Shown here piece after piece: positions 52,536-64,000 of a stretch of 64,000 nucleotides of DNA (position 1 is the first letter of the stretch; every line of letters starts with the position of its first letter). A program made the position numbers and the translations under genes. This DNA comes from Schmidtea polychroa (lineage: Eukaryota), in contig CM097885.1 of NCBI GenBank assembly GCA_044892525.1, positions 11,410,001-11,474,000 of the forward strand. Direction: 5' to 3'. The notes beneath the pieces are model-generated. The model was not told the origin of the DNA. It worked only from the letters and a program-made list of their open reading frames with translations, and did not search any database.

Positions 52536-55500
52536 TGGTGGGTTACTGGTAAGCATACATTTTACCTTATCGTGCTGTTTCCAGCGTAACCCACTGTACA
52601 ATGGTGTGTTACCGCTTGATACCCGTTGAGTAATCAACGTTGATAATGTATCAAGTGGGTGAGTACCAGTAAAAAGTGAGCGCATTTCTCCGCACTATAA
52701 TTGGCAGGTATCGCACGGGTTCACAGACTGCCGATAGAAGGCCTGTGTCGGTCTTTCATCTTGGTCTCTTCACCGATAATCAATTTCCTATAATTCGGCT
52801 CTCGTTATAACATTTCCATTTGATATTTACCCTGCTCATACAATAACCGCTATTAAACCCCTCGTCCTCAACCTGCTTTGGTTTACCTCTGATAACTTCC
52901 TTAGAACCAAACCATTGGCTCACCACGGTCAAGTAATAGACCTAGTCCCGATAGTACTGTACACTAGATTTAATCTTATTCGAACCTGTATCATCCAACA
53001 TTCAACTGATTGGGACAAACTTCATTTGAGTTTGGCTAAATTCAAATTTAACTTGATAGAATGCCAATTAAAATAATAAAAATTAATACCTAATTTAATT
53101 TAGATATATCCCGATTAAAATAATAAAGTAAATGTTTCTACGTAAGTGGGCTTAGTTTGACTATTCAAATTCTCGACTTTTATCGAAATTAATTTAGAAA
53201 TTAATCAAAGGTGTTTAAATCATTTATTTTTAATTAGTCATCCTTTGAAGCCTGGTCACTATCATAATCATCCACGTTTCTCGACACTGAACAGGGTATC
53301 TGTGCTGACAGGGCAACTCGTACACTTCATCGGCCACCTCATAATCTGACAGACAAATGGAACCTGTATCATTAGCTGCGGTGATTTTCTTGACTTGTAA
53401 TTTCTCAATATCTGCCTCATTTGCTGGTGGAGGACCACTCTGTTCAAATTGATTAATAATACTCGTTACAAAATTGTCGAAACTTTGATCTGAAAATATG
53501 TAATCTGACGAATCGGATCTAAAATCCAGCGGCAGCAATCCACCAAATAAATTTGATATTAGTTGGCCAAAAACACTATTTCTGTTATCAGGATCTCTTG
53601 GAGTAATATAAAAGGAGCCATCAGTTTCGTTTGTAGTACTTCCATTTTCCATTGAGTTATCACGACTAATATAAAAAACATTCAAGGCATCATCATTTTC
53701 CATCATTTTCCATTTTCAATAAATCCATCATTGCACGTCACACATTTACCATCCTGAGATATGTGAACGTTCCTGTTGCATTGAAGATCATAGTAATTAT
53801 CGTTATTAATTGAAGTCATTAAAGAAAATCCGAATATCAATTTTATTAACCTTCCCGCAAATTCCAATCTTTTAAACAAATCGATCAACAAACATAAAAA
53901 TTCCAGCAATTCCCTGATTACTTTAAACAAAATCAAAATCGATAAATCCAAATCGACTCCTGAGATTCAAAACTTCGATACAACCCGATAATAATTCCAC
54001 AATTCCCTGATTACTTTAAACAAAATCAAAATCGATCATGTTCCATAACAATCCAAAAACTCAACTAAATTTGACAATTGTCCGCGTCTGTGTGCGCACA
54101 TAAATCAAATCCAAAAACAAGTAAAAAGCGCACACAGACGCGAGAACCGATAATTAAACAATTATAATATTACTATTTTGTATTTATGTTAATAATGTTG
54201 AGTTATTAGGTTGGTGACAATGTTGGTAAATTCAAACTTTTACTTTGACTCCAAAGCGTGTTTATTAATTCACAAATTAACACTCTCGAACACGATAAGC
54301 TGTATTAATAGTCACACTGGCTCGTACAAATTCCAATTAAAACCAATTAACTATAAACCAATTTATCACACAGAGCTTATTTCGACACTACGTGTAGAAT
54401 ATCCCTTACAACAATAATCACTAGCCGTTAACCATTCAATTACAGGGAACGATGATCAATTGTTCTCTTTGCTTTGACCACAAATTTATTTACTCCACTT
54501 CCACTTTATATTCAATTTTACAAAAGATTCTCGTCACTTCTCGTTTCACTCTGTTCTGAACTTTGTTTACTTCTCCCTTTAATTGTCCTCACTTTAAATT
54601 GTATTTTTTATTCTCCTTTTTAACTCTCTAAATTTAACTCCTTTTAATTCTCATTTTCTTCTCTTGCTGTCTCGGTTTTGTCTCTAATTTTGCCTGATTT
54701 CTCGGTTAACAGTTCCGCTTTATATAGCCCGTTTCATTTGTGGCACTAGTGACAGATTTTGTTTTCCATTTTCATTTTCATTTTCCTTTGTATTCGCCGC
54801 TACGTCAGCCTTATCCCTGACAGATATCGAGATATACCTTGTTTTTCCAGTTTCATGTTGTGCCGACTTTTCCTGCCATTTCGCTATCTTTGACAGGCTG
54901 TTAAGATACGGCTTTCCCCATATTTTTGTTTTTCCACAATCAGAAATTCCTCCTTCGTTTGTACTTTTTAATTAACAATGACCTTTGTTTTAATTTCTTT
55001 GAGTTATCTTTCTCATTTTTCATTTCTTTTTACTTCCGTTTCCTTTTCTGAGTTCCCATAGATTGACTCGTTTGTCATGACGATTTTCCCCCATGTAATT
55101 TACTCATTTATTGTGCTATTTATCATTTAGGTATCTTCAAAAATAATAATTAAAATTTATAAATTATTTATGGTCATATATGGTTATTTTTAAATATATT
55201 CCCTTTTACATTTATCTTGATGTGCTCTGCCTGTGCTTATCAAGTTGTCAGAATCCCAAGCAGGTTTTCAACTCTTCATCACTTAGGCGAGTTGTCTAGT
55301 TCAGCTTAATCGTCAGTTACTGGACCTTCGGGTAAGCCCTATTTGCATTTTTATGGGGTTAATTCAGAAATCTGTATAATTATTCAAAGTATTTATTCAT
55401 TAAGCTCCGGGTGCAGGATTGTTTATTTTGTTTTTTATTACAATAAGTGCCAGTTATTTTTAAAACAGAAATTTTATTTTAACAGAAGAGTGTATTAACT

Positions 55501-57719
55501 TTCGAAATGGAGTGTCAACAGGGATTTTCTATATAAGTCGACTTATTTCTCACTCAAATCAGCCAAAAAATAAGAGCTTCTAAGTAGAGTTGCAAATTCA
55601 GAAATTGATATTGCAATGTAATTTAGAGCATACCTATTTTACACATCCGAGCTGAGGAAGCTACAGCATTTACCTACACATAGACACGCATATATACAAT
55701 ACAAATTGAAATATATTTGAGGTGATTGTTAATTTTATATTTTTAACTTTATTTGTAATTGTGATAATTTAATAAATTTATTGAACCAGTGTTTCCGTTC
55801 TTATTTATATAGGAACCATCAAGTTGAGGTTTGAGAACCTCAACACTTTTTTATTAAAATGGACTTTGGCTATTTGTTAACTTGTTATTTTACTCAATTT
55901 TTATATCATTGATTACTTTATTTTAGTGTTATTTTAACTAATTTTTATACCTTTAATTGATTTATTTTAGTGTAAATATTAATGAAACTGAAATGGGAAT
56001 TCCAATGAATAAATGGTATTGTTTGCGTTGTTAAATTAACTACTTACCCAACTTGTTAATTGAAAATAAAATTTACACTTGGTTTGTTTTATTATTTTTA
56101 TCCCTCAATTAGTAATTCAATTTTGCAAGTTAGTCGGTACAAAATTTTATTTCCATTTTGATAATTTATCAGTTCGATTAAAACGTGTGGTGAAATTTAT
56201 AGTAGTAGGTTAAGCAAAAAAACTCTACTATACAGTGTTTGAAGTTAAGTGGATTTAGTTTAGCTGTTCATCCCACTTGGCCGACTCGAAGTCGAGAAAT
56301 GAACCCTTAGTGCGGAGTATGATAGGATTAAGTGTTGAGCTTAACTGTGTAAGGTCGGGGATGCACTATAGATCTGATTATTTACAAATCGTATTCGATT
56401 TCCCGGCCGACTCGACATGGTACGTCGAACCCTAATGTTACCCGCAGCTACAGCCGAACCAAAAAGCCTGTTGTAACCGCAGACCAATTACTTAGGTTAA
56501 GTTTATCACCAAGCATTTCATTAAATAAATTAGTCACCACGAAGTATTTTTAAGCGAATACACTACCATGTATACACAGCGCAGTCAACCACCATTCCGG
56601 GTTAATAATCATTTTGTTTCTTGTGCATACAGGTTGTGGACCTCAAATTACTGTATAGAAAAAGTCGTTTATGTGGATCAAAATTACAAAAAATTTCCTA
56701 TAGAGACTTAATTAGTATAGACTTAAAAGTAGGTTTTTTATATATTATTGGAAAATCAAAAAATTGTAAAAATATTTGATTTTTGGGCAGGTGTGCTGCG
56801 ACCTTTTTTAAATTTTTAGTGTGCTGTGAGCGAGAAAAGTCTGAGAAACACTGCTCTAGATCATAGATGAAAAATAAAGACCAAAAAAATTTAAACATCA
56901 TAACACATATTACTTATCGATTTACTTGTCGATTTCTTTCAAAAATTACATAAAATAAATTTGACAAAAGAGTATTTTGTGACTGAAATGCGTCGATATA
57001 TATACCCTATTTTTGGTGTGCAAGTATGTGTGCGTGCAATGATGCAGTAAAACAAATTCCAATTAATTTAATTCTAGAACATTCGATTCTTAATTTTTAT
57101 CAATTTTGATATCGATTTTGCCGTAATAATTTTTGTTTTATTTTTCAAAATTTTATTTTTGAATGATTTTTTGTTAAGTTTACCTCCATGATGAATATGG
57201 CATTTCCAGAACATTATATACTATTTAGCCTGAGATTATTATTTTATTTGCTTTTTTATTAATTATTTTTATGATTTTGTTATTTGAAGCTTAAATATTT
57301 ATGTTTATGGGTTTTATTGGGTCGTTTTGTTACCAGGATGGATTTCACCTTTATGATTGGTTGTTCTGCGTTTTTATTCGTTTTATTTTATTTTCTTTAT
57401 TTTACTTATGACTTTTATAGAAATTTCTTTTAATTTCTTTTTTTATTTTTACATATCGCCTTAATTCGAATTTGTTGCTTGTTGCTATGTATATTTGTTG
57501 TCTTTGAGTAGGTTTCGCGTGAAACTTCTTGCCCGTGTTCTAATTTTCTTTAAATTTCACTTTTTTATTTCTGGGTACGGTGTTTCGCTATCTATACTTG
57601 TTTAATTGATGTTTTTATATATTTTTTTATGTACGCTTAATGCTGGATATGCGTGTTATGTGCTGATGCATTTCGTCACAAACTTAACTTTGCGTCTAAA
57701 AATCCGTTTTAGCCCAATA
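52536..57719. mobile_element. Diverged, mosaic relative of the 2339-7994 element
   Basis: About 220 bp at the 5' end and about 750 bp at the 3' end align by eye with the first copy; ends TAGCCCAATA; interior unrelated. Confidence 0.6.
53230..53819 (-). pseudogene. Intronless frameshifted RNF126/RNF115-like E3 ligase copy
   Basis: N-terminal QCNR..CVTCNDGFIE zinc ribbon; GPPPA..I..L followed by degenerate RING-H2 SICL..LPCQH. Confidence 0.8.
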
Positions 57720-58539
57720 ATACGTATCAAATTATCTAAAAATAAATTCTTTATTTATTTAAAAAGCACGTGGTCTGATGTGAAACTACCTTAAAATACC
57801 TAATAAAATTTAATCTGACACAATAATCCAACCAAAAATATTCCTTTCATTAGGTTTTTTTATTGGCAATATTTCTTAAATCTTTCGCTTTTTATATAGA
57901 ATATAACTTTGATGGGGTTGTCGGTGAAATTAAATATTATCAATTATTGATCTAACTCCAAAGTGTGCCTTCTTTAATAACAATAACGAAATCCAGACAA
58001 TTTAAACTTTATAGATTAACACAATTGATTACATGTTACAAAGACAAATTGAGTACTTTCTACAACCCTTTTACAACCCGAGAAGAATAGCACTTTTAAA
58101 TACAGCTTGGAACTCACAACTATTTGACTACTGTTTCTGGTTTTAATGATCAGTACATTTGATCTAGTTGCTTTCTTATTTTTGACTTGAATTTATTCAA
58201 TAACTTTAGTTTCTTAAATGCTTCTCCGGTAATTTCGTAATTGACGTTGGGTTTCGTTTTACTTATAATTTCTGTCTTATCTTCGCTTCTCTCAACTTCT
58301 TTCTCCACTTTTCAACTCCGTTTTAATACCAGTCTTGTTTCTTTTCTAATGACCCTAATGACCCTCTTATTTTTTTCGAGATGCGCGAAAAAATAACGTT
58401 ATGTGCCCATATTTTGGAAAGTAACCACATTGTGCGCAAGACATAATTTGTTTTGGAAAATTAAGACTTTTTATTATTATAAGAATTTTTTTATTATTAG
58501 AAAAACAAATTCCATTTTAGTTTAATTACCACGTCGAAC

Positions 58540-60500
58540 TTAATTAATTTCCCAAAAATTGAAAACTTTTTGTACATCAATTTCGTCTCCACGCCTTAAA
58601 AATAATTTGATTCGCATGAGATGGTCCAAATGAAATGTCTCCAATCGTTTCTGGCCTTTGCTTTAATGGAATTCATTTGACTAAACCCACGCTCGCTATC
58701 TGCACTGGATGCTTGAAAGGTCGCAGAAATGTCTATTAAAGAGAAAAGCTCTTGAAACTCCTCCTCCTTGTTGGCAAGGTCTACCATATCCGCGAAACTG
58801 CTTACGACATTAGAGTTAAATTTGGTTTGGTATAAAAATTTAAAATTCGAATATTGGCTTAAAATTTCGTTCTTCACTTCTTCAATATAATTTGGAATAA
58901 TTTTCGAGTATTTGTTAAGAAGATTCGGTAAGCTTTGGTTTCCAAAATTAAAGTTGTTGCTGTCTGCGATTCCTATGTGATCAAATGCAGCCCAGTCTTT
59001 CATTTCTTCTTCTGGAAATCTGCACTCTAGATGATCACATAGCTTTGTGATAAATTCAACAATTTCAACAGTATTATCGCTTGTGTTGAAAAGTTTTATT
59101 GCTTCTTCGCTCCAAAAAATTATTTCTCCATGATACTGGCTTAATAATAGATTTTACGTATTGATGAGCTTCCATAGGAGAAAGCACGCTTTTATGAAAA
59201 AATTTGCTCATTTTAACTAATTCAGTTAAAACATCATTTAGCACTGTTAAAGCTAATCGGTTCAAAGAATTATTAAGAACGTTAATACAATATTTAGAGA
59301 TTGGATCATTTGAATTTTCAACTTCACCTTTGCAATACTCAATCAAAACATCATAATTTCGAATAAATGGAATCACTGCAAAGTGCCGCGAAAGCCACCT
59401 CACCTCATTGAGAGGTCTAAAACTCAAAACATCGCATTCCATTACTGCAGCTAAATCTTGAAATTTGCCTTTATTGCACAGATGATCTACTGAACATTGT
59501 GTACACCGTTCTTAATAAAATCTCTAGAGTTTTCATTAAAGGTATTCCCTTCCAAGCATCGTCAATTCCAAGGTCTTCTCTGTGAGCCACACAATACTGA
59601 TCTGATAAATATGGAATATCTCGTTGTAGTATCTTTGCTACTCCATTATAGCCACCCATCATAAAACAGCTCCGTCCGATGTCATCATTACCATTTTAGC
59701 TATATACAACTTAAAATCAGAGTAGAATTTTTTGATAGCTGCCACAATTGATGAAGCGTCACAAGCACTTAACTGAATTATAGTTGCAAAAGAGGTTTTG
59801 TAATCAAAGTTTGTTCTGAATATATGTAAATTATGAGCATTTTATGAACAGAAATATCCGTGCTCTCATCAATTAATAAGCAATGATATTGTGATTTTCT
59901 AATAGCCTTGAAATCTTCATTCTGAACTACTTGGTTTATGCATTCCACGAATTCAAAGGCATAATTTTTGCTGCGCCAACTTTCAGGAATTTAAACATAT
60001 TTTGATACGTGGCTATTTATTTCCTGCACAGAATTCATTGAAGTGTTCAATTTTATTGCCAAAATTACGTTGTCAATTAAAACTTTAGCCATTTTTGGAT
60101 TTGCCTTTTGTCTTCCAGCATTTTCTATTCGTACCTCACGGTCTTTTGGAGTCTCAGTAATCAATCGAACTAATCCACTACATTTTTGAGCTGTAAGAAT
60201 TTCAACCGCTTCAATGTGTGTTTTGTGATTTAGATGACGTTTCAGATAATCCAATTTCCAATCATCCCACTATTTCCCTATTGAAAAATCTCCATCTACT
60301 TTCGCTTTGGTACAAAATTTGCACTTAATTTTACTTTCTTCTTCTTTGAATTCGATTATACAATCTAGTTTCACATGGCAGAGTTCACGTGAAATTGGTA
60401 TTTTGGTCTTAACAAGTTGCAAAAGCCAACCAGGTTTGAAATTTGGACAAACTTTTTTGGATATTGACATTGATTGACTTGAGGAGTTTCTTTTTGACAT
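58540..60500 (-). pseudogene. Disrupted hAT transposase (ZNF862-like)
   Basis: CKFC, LKRH..KTH, DESTD, SDGA, CVAHR, EVRWLSR, SSADSERGFSQMN in broken frames; termini not identified. Confidence 0.88.
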
Positions 60501-61468
60501 CTTTGAAGATGGGATTGAATTTATTTAAAAAAAACAACAAAAATAAATAATAATACATATACCATTTACAATTCCTCGGCACAGCACAGTATAAAATTCG
60601 TAAGAAAATATTAACTTTATTTGGTCGATGTTTGAAATATACTAATTATATTGCTTTATAATAGCAATTAGCAATGTAAAAATAAGCCTACTTTTATTGA
60701 TATTAAAAATTATTTTAATAAACGGTCAATAATTTAAAAAAAATCAGCGAGCAATTTTCTTATGCGCGCAAAATGGAATGCTATGAACAACAATTTTTTA
60801 TGCGCGATTGCGCATGCGCGCAGCCTAAAGGGTACGTTGCTAATGACAATCTAATGACACTTAATGATAATGACTTCAATTTCAATATCTTTCCCCGAAC
60901 ATGTCATTTGGTCATCTCCAATTTTCCTAACATCTCTAACACTTGTCGAGAAATCTAATATTTAGAAGATGCCATCTCCGACTTCCCTGCTCATCTCTTT
61001 TCTTTATCTCGATCCGACTATAGAGATATGCCAATTTATTTTTGATTTCCTCTTCTTGCTTTAAGATGACCTTACCATGTTTCAGTATTTCATTGTTTGA
61101 TTTTTTCCATTCTTTGTTATTTCTCTTTTGTTTTCTAATTTCTTTAACTCGTTCTCACTTTCGAGGATTTTGGAGCAACACACCTTTTATTGTTTAAATA
61201 TCCTCAACCACTTCATCAATTTGACTTTATAACCCCACAAAAGCAGAAGATCAAAATAATAATAACAGATTGAATTAATTAGTAAATTTATTTTTAGGCC
61301 TTCCGTGCTACCCGGGATATTTCAGATAGCAATAATATAATTCAAGAAAATGAAAGTCAAATCCTGTGAAATTTATTTATTTTAAACAAAGCTTAAGTAA
61401 TATTAAATTTATTTATTCAGATAAATTCATTTTTCTTGTGAGAATTTCTAATTTCGTTGGAAATAAAA

Positions 61469-61729
61469 TCACGACGAGCTGCCATTGTTAGATCCACAGA
61501 GCTGCTGTTGTACAGGGATAGTCAGGTCGATTTTCTCATAAATTGTGGGGTTAAACAGACCGCATCCACGCAAACCATTGAGAAATACTGATGGCTTGGG
61601 GACACTGGAATAATTATCCCGTTTCGTTTGTGAATATTGTTCCCTGAGTGATTACATTGTTATTTTGTTGAATTCATATTATTATTTATTTTTATTATTA
61701 TTTATTTTTATTATTATTTATTTTTATTA

Positions 61730-61783
<54 letters not shown>

Positions 61784-61867
61784 TATAATTATTATTTATT
61801 TATTATTATTATCATCATTAATATTATTATTATTATTTTTATTATTTTTTATTATCAATTTTTATTA

Positions 61868-61931
<64 letters not shown>

Positions 61932-61969
61932 ATTATTATTTATTATAATTTATTATTATGATTATTTAA

Positions 61970-62004
<35 letters not shown>

Positions 62005-62034
62005 TTTATTATTTTTTATTATCAATTTTTATTA

Positions 62035-62098
<64 letters not shown>

Positions 62099-62136
62099 AT
62101 TATTATTTATTATAATTTATTATTATGATTATTTAA

Positions 62137-62171
<35 letters not shown>

Positions 62172-62453
62172 TTTATTATTTTTTATTATCAATTTTTATT
62201 ATTATTTATTATTATTATTATTTATAATTATTATTTATTATTATTATTATTATTATAATTATTATTATTATTATTTATTTATTTATTATTATTATTATTA
62301 TTTATTATTATTACTATTATTAATTATTATTATTATTATCATCATTAATATTATTATTATTATTATTATTATTATTTTTATTATTTTTTATTATCAATTT
62401 TTATTATTATTTATTATTATTATTTATTATAATTTATTATTATTATTATTTAA

Positions 62454-62529
<76 letters not shown>

Positions 62530-62696
62530 TTTATTATTTTTTATTATCAATTTTTATTATTATTTATTATTATTTATTATTATTATTATTATTTTTATTA
62601 TTATTATTTATTTATTTATTATTATTATTATTATTATTTATTATTATTACTATTATTATTATTTTTATTATTATTTATTATTATTATTATTCATAA

Positions 62697-62756
<60 letters not shown>

Positions 62757-63467
62757 TGAAATTGCGTTAAATAGGAGCGCGTTACATTGAAGTTCCACTG
62801 TACTAGTAAGAATGAAAAAACTATTTACTTTGGTAAATAAACCTGTGAGATATTATCTCTTTTGAAATGGCTGAGATTTGTTTGCATGGACTTTGTCACC
62901 TTTTTCCGCAAATTCGCCTAAAATTGAAATAAATATTCAAATAAATTTCAGAAGATTTCTACTAATTTAATAGCTTGTCTTCTCATCTCCCATTCATTCC
63001 AATAGTAATTACGAACAATACAGGACTCAACGAAATGCGTGTCAGTTTGGCATTCCACCTCGTTCCTTGCAATCGGTTTCTCAATCATATTTATACTGTT
63101 AGATCCAGGCTGCAAACCGATAAATATATTATTATAATTATTATAATTATTATTATAATTAATATGATAATTATCAACCTCCGTGGTGATAGAAGAGAAT
63201 TGTTGATGCATTTCCAATAACTGTATTAATTCTGCATTTTTCTTTGCAACATTTCCCACCCCTGTCATATAACTAATACAATTATGATAACCATAGCTCA
63301 TATTCAATTATTGTTATCATACTCTTCAACGTTATTAACAAATCTTTTAGCAGCTTCTTTATTTGAAAATGCATAATATCCATCTTTATAGTGAAGGACA
63401 CCAATATTAGTATTTCCAGGAACAAGTAACCCCGAGTTCTCCGTTATTAGAACAGGACAAAAACCCT
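61469..63467 (-). CDS. CFAP206: 3' exons of cilia- and flagella-associated protein 206
   Basis: GFCP..GLLVPGN, ELIQLL..HQQF, QTDTH..WNEWEMRRQAIKL|ANLRKKVT.SMQT..SHF, QTKRD..GLRG..DLT; exons include 62917-62829 and 61643-61469. Confidence 0.85.
61677..62755. repeat. About 1.1 kb imperfect (ATT)n microsatellite switching to (AAT)n, in the last CFAP206 intron
   Basis: Read directly. Confidence 0.95.
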
Positions 63468-64000
63468 AAATATAAAATAAGCAAAACTATATATAATATT
63501 AGATGACATATTTTGCTTATTAATTATCACTCTCTGCCAAATAGGTATTACATATAACATCTAAAGGATTTCTGGGTGCAAGAACAATATCAAGCAGATT
63601 CAGATATTTATCTTAATTTAAAAATGATTCCAGATCTAAATTAATTACAAAAAATATAAATAAAGATTAGGGGGCGATGACCCCCCTTATTATATTTGGA
63701 AAAATTTTTTTAGCAATTTTTACTTGGCTTTTGCAGCCCTTTATAAAGTAAGGTTATACACTGTTATAAATTATATTTTGAAATTATTGAAATTTGAAAT
63801 ACAATCATTTTGATGAAGACTGGAAAGTTTAGTTGTTAGACTAGTTTGAGTAAAGTTTGAGTATCACTCTTCTACTGTCTTAATCTATGTAATGTAGCTA
63901 TAAAATGACGCCATATATTGGTATCCCAATAGTCAGATTTAAAATACGCACCGCACAACTTTATTAAAATTCATATTACTCAATAGACCTAATTTATTTC

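Overview
AT-rich eukaryotic DNA with short GT-AG introns and a ciliary CFAP206 gene; an invertebrate, possibly flatworm-like, host is inferred, not shown. Bases 1-32.9 kb are a nested cluster of Maverick/Polinton (adintovirus-like) elements. Maverick-1 starts left of the window and ends at about 28492. It carries a TBP-like gene, packaging ATPase, pX-like core protein, integrase, minor capsid, PW-like protein, major capsid, adenain protease and a multi-exon protein-primed PolB. A 5.66 kb TG..CA element sits in the (ATT)n intron of its integrase. An 8.1 kb deleted Maverick-2 with its own TIRs, a divergent pPolB and a spliced Bcl-2 homolog sits in the large intron of its polymerase. A third Maverick right arm follows (28493-32858). 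The most unusual points are the element-encoded TBP-like factor, a reused promoter plus leader-exon cassette apparently feeding the Bcl-2 gene, spliceosomal introns in four viral genes, SIM-rich micro-exons on pPolB, and terminal arrays of AP-1/CRE/nuclear-receptor motifs. The rest of the window holds host genes (SNIP1, an AGC kinase, CFAP206, unknown ORFs), pseudogenes, and hAT, Tc1 and LINE elements. All calls are by eye; no database search was run.
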